Assembly: GCA_964472505.1 (NCBI GenBank)
Contig: CAYYQW010000011.1
Span: 938 to 64,937, forward strand
DNA: 64,000 bases
Direction: 5' to 3'
From: an uncultured Bacteroidaceae bacterium
GTDB lineage: Bacteria; Bacteroidota; Bacteroidia; Bacteroidales; JAADGE01
Shown piece after piece: positions 17,857 to 27,031 of the stretch (positions are counted from its first letter, which is position 1; each line of letters opens with the position of its first letter). Under the pieces are notes generated by a model, which saw only the letters and a list, made by a program, of their open reading frames with translations, ran no database searches and was not told the origin of the DNA. Position numbers and translations under genes: made by a program.

Positions 17857-20337
17857 TTATTTAAGTAATTCGTGATATTCTTCCGAATTGATGGTAAATA
17901 TTGCATTACGCAGTTGGTCTAACCATTTTTTGATGTTATCATTCCGGTTTTCGGGAATTTTAGTCAGTATCCGGTTTACTTCGGTTGCCTGATAGGGTTC
18001 CAATTTTTGTAATTTAGAAATATAGGGCTGTAAAAATTTTCTGTTTTCTTCACTAAGCATAATAACCGGTGCTTTTTTAATTTCTGCGAGTTGCCTGCCG
18101 GTGCTTGCACATATTGCCGACGGAAGTCTGAAGCTGAAAGTGATTTGCGATTCTTTGGGTTTTGTTATAATCAACTTTTTGTTGTGAGCTTCTAAGGCGA
18201 GTTTGCAAAATTGCAGTCCGATTCCTGATGATTTTGCTATACCGAGGCTTTCTTTTTTTTCGGATGTAAATGTGTTTTGCAGATATTGAAAAGCGTTTTC
18301 CGACAATTCTTCTACAGAATTACTAACGGCAATCAAAACATCGGCATCTTGCGGCTCTGCCAAAATATTAATGCGGCCGTTATTGGGCGAATATTTTACG
18401 GCATTGCTTAGCAAATTCAGAATAATACGCTCGAACAAATGTTGGTCGGCTTCCACGCATAAATCATTGAAAATGTCTAAATCAACGGAGATGTTTTTTT
18501 GCAGGATAACTCGTTTAAGATGAACCATGGATTTATCAAAAGCAGCGGCAATATTGATAACGTTTTTTTTAAGGGATATTTTTTTCTCATCCAATTTATA
18601 AATATCAATGATATTGTCAATCAGCAGCAGCATTTTGCCAATGGCTGTTTTAGAATCTGAATCGGAAACCGATTGATTAATAGTGTTGAGCGGTACTTTC
18701 AGGTCGTGTACAATCATGGCCGTAACCATTTGCTTAAATTGTTGATTTTCAAGCAGTCGGATGTTTTTCTCTTGTAATTCTTCATTCGATATTTGCAACT
18801 GTTGGTTAAGCCGGTCTAATTGATTTTTTTGTTTTTCAATTTCCTTTGTGCGTTTGGCTGCCAGAGCTTCCAATTTCTTATTTTCGGCTCGTATGGCTCT
18901 CGTTCTGATTTGTATAATTATTACAAAGAAAAAATAGAGACCGAGGAATGCTGCTGTATAAATCAAAAAACGATAAGGATACAGTCGGTCTTCTTTATAA
19001 CGCAACAAATAATGCGTGTTGTTTTCGGAAGTGAAAGATATGTGCGTTTCATTATCAGAATTTGTCATGGTGCTGAAATAGGTGGCTCTTTTACTTTCAA
19101 GCGTCAGGCTTGCCGGATGTTTAAGGCGCTTATCCAATACGGTTATTACCTTATTGTAGCTGATAATCGTTTCCTGATCGCCGTTTTTATCAATATCTGT
19201 GTAGTATATTGTAGGTTTTAAATTCTCCGTACTTTCGGATACCGGTATTTGGTTTATTTTGCCGACTCGGTTAAGCTCATTATCGTATTTATGAATGGTA
19301 CCTTGCGGATCCAGAATAGCGACATGATTATAATTTGCGGGATTTTTCAGCAAAACAAAGAATTTGCCTTTTAATTCCGGAAGTGCTTTACTTTCTGACA
19401 GACTCCCGTCGGAGCTAAATAAGTAGGCTTGTGTTACAGATGATTTTTGTCGCAATTGGGATTGCAGCACAAAAAGATCAAATTGATCGGAATTATCTTT
19501 CTTTATCGGAGCAGCCTGCAAGTGTGTGCCCGACTTACCGATTGGTATCGGCTCAAAGGCTTCTCGGAGTTGTTTGTCACAAAGCAGCAGCCAGGCAGCC
19601 GTATCGGGATGTGCCACGCCTTCTCTGTCGCGGTGATTATCGGTGGCAAAGCTCGAAAAAATCAGTTTTTCACTTTTGCCGTCATTAAAATCAAAGAAAT
19701 ATTCCGGAAAAAAGTGAATACCGTCTGCATCATACACGTATAAACTGTCGTTTTTTACATCGTAGGCATACATGGCGCGCGGCCGGTAGGAAAAACCGGC
19801 AGTGATGTTAAAGAGTATTTCTTTGTAACCGTCTTGATTTATATCGCGCGAGATATTTTTTGTTTCTGCGGAAAAGTCATAAGAACCATGTATGTTTTTT
19901 TCAATGGTGGTGATAAATCGGTCTTTAATGAATGGTGTGCTTAAATTGGGGTACTCCACTGCATTTAAAAAAATACTGTCTTTTGACATGGTAAGAAAAT
20001 AATGCTCTGAAAATCCGTTATCGTCAAAATCTTCAAATGCTGATAAATGATGTTCAGGAATTTTCTTTTTCATGTTTAGTTGTTCCATTACATAACCGGC
20101 ATTATCGGTATATATAAATGCATTATTGCCGCCGTAACTGTTTTTTATTACAGTTTCGCTTATGTTGTCCGAATTTAAGTCGGCATACATTATGGTTCTT
20201 CCCTGCGAATTGCTTATGCGTATTGGTTCCAATCGGTATTTTTGAAATAAGGGAGGCAGCAAACTTACTATTGCAATGTACACAGCAAGCGAGATGAAAA
20301 AAGGAAGATTTACAAATTTTGACAGCTTAAAATTCAT
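17857..20337 (-). CDS. Sensor histidine kinase with a large extracytoplasmic FG-GAP-like sensor domain
   Basis: 826 aa. TM1 (LPFFISLAVYIAIVSLLPPL). About 420-aa outer domain with spaced DxNxDG-like motifs (DLNSDNISE, DFDDNGFSE, DINQDGYKE, DIDKNGDQE). TM2 (FLIYTAAFLGLYFFFVIIIQI). Coiled coil. H-box MIVHDLKVPLNTI. N-box LLSNAVKYSPNNG. G-box SSGIGLQFCK. An extra ~100-aa C-terminal tail of unknown fold. Confidence 0.85.
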   Translation of the reverse strand: MNFKLSKFVNLPFFISLAVYIAIVSLLPPLFQKYRLEPIRISNSQGRTIMYADLNSDNISETVIKNSYGGNNAFIYTDNAGYVMEQLNMKKKIPEHHLSAFEDFDDNGFSEHYFLTMSKDSIFLNAVEYPNLSTPFIKDRFITTIEKNIHGSYDFSAETKNISRDINQDGYKEILFNITAGFSYRPRAMYAYDVKNDSLYVYDADGIHFFPEYFFDFNDGKSEKLIFSSFATDNHRDREGVAHPDTAAWLLLCDKQLREAFEPIPIGKSGTHLQAAPIKKDNSDQFDLFVLQSQLRQKSSVTQAYLFSSDGSLSESKALPELKGKFFVLLKNPANYNHVAILDPQGTIHKYDNELNRVGKINQIPVSESTENLKPTIYYTDIDKNGDQETIISYNKVITVLDKRLKHPASLTLESKRATYFSTMTNSDNETHISFTSENNTHYLLRYKEDRLYPYRFLIYTAAFLGLYFFFVIIIQIRTRAIRAENKKLEALAAKRTKEIEKQKNQLDRLNQQLQISNEELQEKNIRLLENQQFKQMVTAMIVHDLKVPLNTINQSVSDSDSKTAIGKMLLLIDNIIDIYKLDEKKISLKKNVINIAAAFDKSMVHLKRVILQKNISVDLDIFNDLCVEADQHLFERIILNLLSNAVKYSPNNGRINILAEPQDADVLIAVSNSVEELSENAFQYLQNTFTSEKKESLGIAKSSGIGLQFCKLALEAHNKKLIITKPKESQITFSFRLPSAICASTGRQLAEIKKAPVIMLSEENRKFLQPYISKLQKLEPYQATEVNRILTKIPENRNDNIKKWLDQLRNAIFTINSEEYHELLK

Positions 20338-20497
20338 CCTGATGTTTTGAGAAACTTTTTCACAAAGATACTATAATAGCGCAAAACCGATAGCTTTTCT
20401 TTGATGAAGCCGTATTGTCATTTGTCTCATTTTTTTCGGACTTCCTCTTTTTCTCCGGAAAAGTTCAAGATTTATTTCTCCCGGAAATAAAAATAAA

Positions 20498-20505
20498 TAT
20501 ATTTG
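20498..20505 (+). promoter_or_regulatory. Candidate -7 box (TATATTTG) for the Crp/Fnr gene
   Basis: Exact TAnnTTTG match 65 nt upstream of the GTG start at 20570. Confidence 0.35.
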
Positions 20506-20569
20506 TGTAGTATTTTGATTTATATCAGTAAAAATCTTGTTGTAAACTATATTTATAAATATCCTGAGT

Positions 20570-21250
20570 GTGAAAAACCCTAAAGATTGTCTTAATTGCC
20601 CTTATCGTTGGAGATACTTAGACGTGCTTTCGGATAAATACATTCGAGAGATACAAGATAATTGTACGATTATAAAATATGCTAAAGGAGAGATTATTTG
20701 CAAACAGGGCACAAGTGTAACGCATGCTTTGTATGTTGCCAAAGGGATGGTGAAATTGTATATAGAAGGTGAAAAAAAATTAATTTTGAAAGTCATTAAG
20801 GCCGGTAACTATGTTGATTTGCAAACGCTTTTCGGTGATTTGGAGTATCACTATTCCGTATCAGCTGTTGTTGATTCGCAAATATGCATGATTGATTCCT
20901 CCGTAATTTTGGATATTGCCCGTAATAATCCGGAATATCTGTATAAAATGACCAACGCCATCAGCGATGCAAGCAATTATATCTATAAGAAAGTCAGCAG
21001 CCTCAGCCGAAAACAATTGCGGGGAAGACTTGCCGAAACTTTGTTTTATTTTGCCGAAGATATTTTTGAAAGTACCACTTTTGTTTTGCCTTTTTCTCGG
21101 CAAGAGCTGGCCGATTTTACATCCATGTCCATGGAAAATGTAGTGCGAATTCTTACCGAATTCAAAAAAGAAAATGTAATAAATGCTAAAAATCGGGAAA
21201 TTGAAATTTTGCAGCCCGATACTTTAAAGCGAATCAGTGATTTGGGCTGA
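20570..21250 (+). CDS. Crp/Fnr-family transcriptional regulator (GTG start)
   Basis: 226 aa. cNMP-binding-like beta-roll (YAKGEIICKQGTSVTHALYVAKGMVKLY). C-terminal HTH (SRQELADFTSMSMENVVRILTEFKKENVI). There is no in-frame ATG before residue 59, so a GTG start is inferred. Confidence 0.85.
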   Translation: MKNPKDCLNCPYRWRYLDVLSDKYIREIQDNCTIIKYAKGEIICKQGTSVTHALYVAKGMVKLYIEGEKKLILKVIKAGNYVDLQTLFGDLEYHYSVSAVVDSQICMIDSSVILDIARNNPEYLYKMTNAISDASNYIYKKVSSLSRKQLRGRLAETLFYFAEDIFESTTFVLPFSRQELADFTSMSMENVVRILTEFKKENVINAKNREIEILQPDTLKRISDLG

Positions 21251-21306
21251 TGCATTTGAAAACGGTTTTAAAATTCGCAATTCAAAAAAATCCGGACATG
21301 CTTAAA

Positions 21307-22686
21307 TCACTTCCCGATACAGAAATTTTTGAAAATATTACTTAGAACCTCATCGGCAGATATTTCACCGGTGATGGAGCCTATATGCTTAATAACTTCC
21401 CGAATGTCTTGACTGAGAAGATCCACGGGCAATTTGGCATTGAGCGCTTCCTTAACTCGCTCGCCGGCTTCGGCGGCTACAGTTAAAGCATATAAATGCC
21501 TTGTGTTGGTTACCACCGTATCGTTGAGCCGATCTTTGCTGTAATGAACGGCATCGGTTAAGATACTAAGCAGGCTGTCAATGTTTTCTTTGTATTTCGC
21601 TGATATGGCTGCGGTCTTATATACGCCCAAACTCTCCGGTGTCGGGAGCTTGAAATTATTAATACGATCGGTTTTGTTAAAGACAATGACTAATTTCTTA
21701 CCTTTGGTCTGCTCGCTGATTTCTTCAATCTTTTTAAGGGCATTATTTTTTTCGGCATCGGCCAATAATAGCACAATATCGGCTTTTTGGATTTTATCCA
21801 TGGTTTTTTCAATGCCCAGATTTTCAATCCGGTCGGTGGTTTGGCGAATGCCCGCCGTATCTATAAAGCGAAACAACATGCCGTTTATCGACATAAGATC
21901 TTCCACGGCATCACGCGTGGTGCCCGCAATATCGGAAACTATGGCTTTATCCTCGTTGAGCAGCGCATTGAGCAAGGTGGATTTTCCTACATTCGGTTCA
22001 CCGATAATAGCAACCGGGACACCGTTTTTAACAGCATTGCCTAATTCAAAAGAATCTCGAAGTTTTTCTATTTTTGTGTTTATGGTATCCATGAGTTTAT
22101 TCAATTCTCGGCGGTCGGCAAATTCCACATCTTCTTCGCTGAAGTCAAGCTCCAATTCAATTAGAGAAATAAAATGTAAGAGGTTTTCACGCAAGTTTTT
22201 TAAGTCTTTGGAGAAGCCTCCTCTCAATTGTTGCAGCGCCACTTTATGAGCAGCTGCAGTTTCCGATGCAATCAGATCGGCTACGGCTTCGGCTTGCGAA
22301 AGATCCATTTTGCCGTTAAGGAAAGCCCTTTGAGTAAATTCTCCGGGAGCCGCCGGTTCGGCTCCGTGTTTTATCAGCAGATTTAGGATTTTTTGTCGCA
22401 CATACATGGAGCCGTGGCAGGAAATTTCCGCCAAATCTTCGCCCGTATAAGATTTTGGTGCTTTGAAAACTGAAATAAGCACTTCGTCGATCAATTCACT
22501 GCCTTCGTATATGCGCCCGAAATGTACGGTATTAGCAGCTTGTTCGCTGAATTTTTTGTTTTTGCCCGGGGCACGAAATATTTTATCAGTAAGGGCAAAA
22601 GTCTCCGGCCCGGAAATACGAATAACGGCCAAAGCCCCGCTTCCCGAAGGTGTAGCTGCTGCACAAATGGTTGAGTTAGGGTACAT
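21307..22686 (-). CDS. mnmE: tRNA modification GTPase MnmE (TrmE)
   Basis: N-terminus MYPNSTICAAATPSGSGALAVIRISG, G1 GEPNVGKSTLLNAL, G3 DTAGIR, C-terminal FCIGK motif. The start was trimmed from the track's 22767 to the ATG at 22686 (22710 is also possible) to match the family N-terminus. Confidence 0.95.
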   Translation of the reverse strand: MYPNSTICAAATPSGSGALAVIRISGPETFALTDKIFRAPGKNKKFSEQAANTVHFGRIYEGSELIDEVLISVFKAPKSYTGEDLAEISCHGSMYVRQKILNLLIKHGAEPAAPGEFTQRAFLNGKMDLSQAEAVADLIASETAAAHKVALQQLRGGFSKDLKNLRENLLHFISLIELELDFSEEDVEFADRRELNKLMDTINTKIEKLRDSFELGNAVKNGVPVAIIGEPNVGKSTLLNALLNEDKAIVSDIAGTTRDAVEDLMSINGMLFRFIDTAGIRQTTDRIENLGIEKTMDKIQKADIVLLLADAEKNNALKKIEEISEQTKGKKLVIVFNKTDRINNFKLPTPESLGVYKTAAISAKYKENIDSLLSILTDAVHYSKDRLNDTVVTNTRHLYALTVAAEAGERVKEALNAKLPVDLLSQDIREVIKHIGSITGEISADEVLSNIFKNFCIGK

Positions 22687-23439
22687 ATTTATAATTTTTG
22701 AATTAGGCATTTTATTAATATTTGCATTATTTTTATTCACAAGCTCTACGAAAGCTATGATTTGCAAAAAAAGTTTCTTCGATTAAGAATGCAGGCTGCA
22801 AAATATGATTTTTTCTCGCTTTTATATCCTGTCAACCCCCCTGTCCCCTTCTCCAAGGGGGAATCCGAAAATCGCCGGTGTACTGTAATTTTAAAATTTG
22901 TGGTATTCATACGCCTAATTCAATATAATTTATAATCTGCATATTTTTTGCAAAGGTATAATGTTTTTTCATCTCCTGCTTTAAGATAAGCTACAAATAC
23001 AGAAGTCATAAAACTTCTCATCAAAAAAATCAGGCAATCTGCGGAAAAAAAATAATTTATAAAAAGCATAAATGAATCCGGTGTATTAAAGTAAGCCGCA
23101 CTCAAGTCTGCTTCGGCTGAAGCGGGAGGAGGCAGGAAAATATCTTTTCAACTTTTATACAAGCAAAGGCTCCGACTTAAGGTTTTTAATCAAATTGCAG
23201 GCAAATATATTTCTTTTTTAGAATTGAATGCCGTATATTTGGAAAAGTATTTGTATTGTGTTGATAAAAAAATAATTACAGGCAATACAATTTTTTTAAT
23301 TTTATACAGTTTTATATTTATGTTGAAATAATGAGCTGTCTATTTGGTACTAAGGTTTATTGCCGCTTAATTCTTGTGAATTGAGAGGTATGTCACAAAC
23401 TAAAAACCAATTATTTTTGCAATTTATTGAAACATTGTA

Positions 23440-23447
23440 TAATTTTG
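23440..23447 (+). promoter_or_regulatory. Candidate -7 box (TAATTTTG) for the T9SS cargo gene
   Basis: TAnnTTTG match 53 nt upstream of the ATG at 23500. Confidence 0.4.
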
Positions 23448-23499
23448 TATTCGTGTTGCAAAATGCAGCATGATTTTTTCTAACTAAATTTTTTAAACA

Positions 23500-24723
23500 A
23501 TGATGAAAAAAATTACTTTCCTATTGGCGGCTCTTGTGTTTACGTTTGCCGTTGCCGATGCACAGAAGTTGTTACGCAGCGGTGATGTGCAAACAAAAAC
23601 ACAAAAAGCCATAACAGAAAAAGGCTTTTTAGCTGAAGAAATTTTCGCTGAAGACTTTGAAGATTATAATGGAGATGATGTAACCCTTGCTAGTGAGGGT
23701 TGGATGATCTATGACGAAGATGGTGACGACTATAATTGGTTCGTTGCATCAACTACTACTTTGTCTCAAGTAGTAGTATCCGAGTCCAGTTATCAAGATG
23801 ACAATGATGATTGGCAAGCGCTTACTCCGGAAAACTGGTTGGTTTCGCCCGCCATTGACCTAAGCTCTTATACTGAAACGATAGTATTAGATTGGAGAGC
23901 ATTTGCTTTTAGTACTGATTTTCCGGCTGAGAACTATAAAGTAGTTGTTTCAACGACCGGCAATACAGTGGCCGATTTTTCTACTGACGATATAGTTTTT
24001 GAAGAAACACTTGGTACGGATATTTATGAACGAAGGGTTGATTTGTCTGCCTATGCAGGTGAAGAAATTTATCTTGCCTTTGTACATTACGATTGTACTG
24101 ATATGTATATTCTTGGAATTGACAATATTGCAGTTGGTACTCCGGCCACAACTTACACAACTACATTTAATGTAGACATGACCGATGTGGAAACTGACGT
24201 ATTTGACCCGACTGTGGACAAACTGTATGTAACCGGATCTATGGTAGATTGGGCAGAACCCGGTTTATATGGCTCGTTAGAGTTAACCGATATTGGTTCC
24301 TCAACTTACTCAGCAACCATTGAATTGCCTGACGGCGATTACGAATACAAATATTTCGTAGTTAAAGACGGTCAAACAGAACCCGGTTGGGAAAACGGCG
24401 AATGGGAAGGCGGTGCAGACCGTACATTTACTGTTGCCGGTGCAGAACAGACCTTGAATGATGTATGGGGTGACAATCCCAATAGCGTTGAAGAAGTTGC
24501 TTTCGAAGCTGACATCAACGTTTATCCGAATCCTTCTACCGGATTGTTCAACATCACAACTACAGAAAGCGTGAAACTCGAAGTATTCGACATTAGCGGA
24601 AGAACTGTGAAGTCACAAATCATTGACGGAAACACTCAAGTACAATTGAGAAACGCCGGCATGTATTTCTTCAGATTCTCTAACGAGAATGGTTCAACTG
24701 TGAACAAAGTTATTGTTAAATAA
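23500..24723 (+). CDS. Secreted T9SS cargo protein (choice-of-anchor-J/cleaved-adhesin-like N-domain, CBM20-like beta-sandwich, type A Por C-terminal sorting domain)
   Basis: 407 aa with a signal peptide. DFEDYNGDD...GWMIYDEDGDDYNWF...TPENWLVSPAIDLS. TTFNVDMTD...LYVTGSMVDWAEPG...YEYKYFV. C-terminus INVYPNPSTGLFNITTTESVKLEVFDISGRTVKSQII...GMYFFRFSNENGSTVNKVIVK. Confidence 0.85.
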   Translation: MMKKITFLLAALVFTFAVADAQKLLRSGDVQTKTQKAITEKGFLAEEIFAEDFEDYNGDDVTLASEGWMIYDEDGDDYNWFVASTTTLSQVVVSESSYQDDNDDWQALTPENWLVSPAIDLSSYTETIVLDWRAFAFSTDFPAENYKVVVSTTGNTVADFSTDDIVFEETLGTDIYERRVDLSAYAGEEIYLAFVHYDCTDMYILGIDNIAVGTPATTYTTTFNVDMTDVETDVFDPTVDKLYVTGSMVDWAEPGLYGSLELTDIGSSTYSATIELPDGDYEYKYFVVKDGQTEPGWENGEWEGGADRTFTVAGAEQTLNDVWGDNPNSVEEVAFEADINVYPNPSTGLFNITTTESVKLEVFDISGRTVKSQIIDGNTQVQLRNAGMYFFRFSNENGSTVNKVIVK

Positions 24724-24752
24724 CAAGAATACAGAACGATAAAATTAGAAAA

Positions 24753-24779
24753 GCCTCTGCTTCGGCAGGGGCTTTTTTT
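24753..24779 (+). terminator. Rho-independent terminator after the T9SS cargo gene
   Basis: gcctctgc-ttcg-gcaggggc stem-loop followed by ttttttt, 30 nt after the stop. Confidence 0.75.
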
Positions 24780-24959
24780 GTGCTTTCATTTTTGAAATAT
24801 CCTATTTCTTTCTTTGGCGCCTGCTTGTAAAAAAAAACTAAATAATGAATCCTCCCGGTGCTTGCAAACGCCGAAAAGATGTAATCATGTTTCAAAATAC
24901 TTAGATAAAGTTTTAGTTTTCACGCTGAATTAGAAAATATTTTCATATATTAGCAAAGT

Positions 24960-25260
24960 GTTTGTAAGATAAGAGAGCCAAACAACAACCGAATATTCAA
25001 AATAAATTTCCCAATTTAAGTCGCAGAGCATAAGAAGCAACAAATATATAAGTAAAAAAACTTTTGTATAGTCAAAGATATTATTTATAATTGCATCGGT
25101 TTTTACAAAAGTCCAAAATTTTGATCCTTAGGACTAAACTATCGCATTATTTTCCGGAACTGAAAAACTATTTCACATAAAAGCTTCACAGCTTGATACT
25201 CCAATTTTACACTATTGAATTTTTACATTACTTACCAAAAAATTATTAAATTAATTACTA
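24960..25260 (+). promoter_or_regulatory. Long C-rich/G-poor leader upstream of rho (candidate rut-like autoregulatory region)
   Basis: No ORFs. A hand count of the last 120 nt gives about 22 C versus 8 G. The promoter position was not identified. Confidence 0.35.
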
Positions 25261-26868
25261 ATGGACGACATCAAAACGTTAGAGACCAAAAAAGTACTCG
25301 AACTTCGTACAATTGCCAAAGCTTTGGGAATAAACCGAGCCGACCGATACAAGAAACAGGAACTGATATATAAAATACTGGATCAGCAAGCCGAAGAAGA
25401 AGCTAAAACGAGTTCGGGAAATAAGCCTCCGGAAAGAAAAGAGCCGGCAAAAGCTAAAGAGCATACTCAAGCTGTAAGCAAAAGCCGAAATGAAAAAGAA
25501 GAGAAAAGTAATGATCGGCATCAACAAGTAAACCACAACAAGAATAATGCGCAAAAAAAGCAAAGAAAACGCATTGTTCGAACCAAAGATCCAAAGAAAA
25601 ACGATTACGATAAAACTTCTGACAGAAGGAATGCCTATGACAAGTCTTCCGACAGAAGGAAGCAAACGAGAACCAAGACCGATAACGGTGATAAACAAAA
25701 AAACGAGCATCGCCAAAACGAACAAAAGTTTGATCCTACTTATGAGTTTGATCCGATTATACGAAATTCGGGAATTCTTGAAGTGATGCCGGACGGATAC
25801 GGATTTTTGCGTTCATCGGATTACAATTATTTTAATTCACCGGACGATATCTATGTTTCGCAATCGCAAATTAAATTGTTTGGCCTTAAAGACGGCGACA
25901 CCGTAACCGGTAATATTCGTCCGCCTAAAGACAATGAAAAATATTTTCCTTTAATAAAAGTGGAAGAGATTAACGGCCGGCCGCCGGAAACCATTCGAGA
26001 TCGAATACCTTTCAGCCACCTCACACCGCTTTTCCCTGAGGAAAAATTTAATATCACCGGGAAAGAGTCCACATTATCTACCCGCATTATCGATTTGTTT
26101 GCGCCATTGGGGAAAGGCCAACGCGGACTTATTGTTGCGCAACCCAAAACGGGTAAAACCGTATTGCTCAAGCATATAGCCAATGCTATTGCAGCTAATC
26201 ATCCGGAAGTATATATGATTATTCTTTTGGTTGATGAGCGGCCGGAAGAGGTAACCGATATGGAGCGCAGCGTTAATGCCGAAGTAATATCATCAACTTT
26301 TGATGAGCGTGCCGAGAACCATGTAAAAGTTGCGGAAATTGCTTTGAAAAAATCTAAACGTCTCGTAGAATGCGGACACGATGTAGTTATTTTATTGGAT
26401 TCCATTACGCGGCTTGCACGTGCATATAATACCGTATCGCCGGCTTCGGGCAAAGTACTCTCCGGTGGTGTGGAAGCCAATGCATTGCACAAACCTAAAA
26501 AGTTTTTCGGGGCAGCCCGAAACATTGAAGACGGCGGGTCTTTATCAATCATAGCTACGGCTCTTACCGATACCGGCTCAAAAATGGATGATGTTATTTT
26601 TGAGGAATTTAAAGGTACCGGTAATATGGAGCTACAGCTCGACAGAAGGCTTTCCAATAAGCGCATTTATCCGTCGGTGGATGTTATGGCATCCGGAACA
26701 CGGCGTGAAGATTTATTGCTTTCGGAAGACATGGTTAACAAATTGGGTATTCTGCGCCGTTATCTTGCGGATATGAATCCCGTTGAAGCCATGGAATTTA
26801 TGAAAAACCGCATGCAACGAACGCGCGACAATGAAGAATTTATTGCTACCATGAATTCGGGAGTATAA
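25261..26868 (+). CDS. rho: Transcription termination factor Rho with a long basic low-complexity N-terminal insertion
   Basis: 535 aa. Rho_N ([31 protein letters not shown]). About 120-aa K/R/N/D/E/Q-rich insert. CSD-like RNA-binding domain ([14 protein letters not shown]). Walker [11 protein letters not shown] loops. Canonical C-terminus. Confidence 0.95.
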   Translation: MDDIKTLETKKVLELRTIAKALGINRADRYKKQELIYKILDQQAEEEAKTSSGNKPPERKEPAKAKEHTQAVSKSRNEKEEKSNDRHQQVNHNKNNAQKKQRKRIVRTKDPKKNDYDKTSDRRNAYDKSSDRRKQTRTKTDNGDKQKNEHRQNEQKFDPTYEFDPIIRNSGILEVMPDGYGFLRSSDYNYFNSPDDIYVSQSQIKLFGLKDGDTVTGNIRPPKDNEKYFPLIKVEEINGRPPETIRDRIPFSHLTPLFPEEKFNITGKESTLSTRIIDLFAPLGKGQRGLIVAQPKTGKTVLLKHIANAIAANHPEVYMIILLVDERPEEVTDMERSVNAEVISSTFDERAENHVKVAEIALKKSKRLVECGHDVVILLDSITRLARAYNTVSPASGKVLSGGVEANALHKPKKFFGAARNIEDGGSLSIIATALTDTGSKMDDVIFEEFKGTGNMELQLDRRLSNKRIYPSVDVMASGTRREDLLLSEDMVNKLGILRRYLADMNPVEAMEFMKNRMQRTRDNEEFIATMNSGV

Positions 26869-26885
26869 AATACCCTAAACACAAA

Positions 26886-26926
26886 CCAAAGCCGAAAATA
26901 ACTTGTTTTCGGCTTTGGCATTTTTG
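26886..26926 (+). terminator. Rho-independent terminator after rho
   Basis: ccaaagccgaaaa-taacttg-ttttcggctttgg, a 13-bp stem, followed by catttttgg. Confidence 0.7.
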
Positions 26927-27031
26927 GTATCTGCTTCTTAATCGTTTCTTCACATAAATTTAATTCCTGCTTAAATCCAAAACTCCATCTATTCATTTCC
27001 TTTGTGTTTGTTAAAAATTACACGCATCGGA

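Noticed and set aside
21581-22249. 222-aa ORF on the + strand inside mnmE
   Set aside because: It lies entirely antisense to a confidently identified gene. Its Ser/Leu/Phe-rich, low-information sequence is typical of shadow ORFs, and it has no promoter or family signature.
22920-23105. 61-aa - strand ORF in the mnmE/cargo intergenic region
   Set aside because: It has no start context, no signal or family features and odd composition. It overlaps the GC-rich hairpin region and is probably non-coding.
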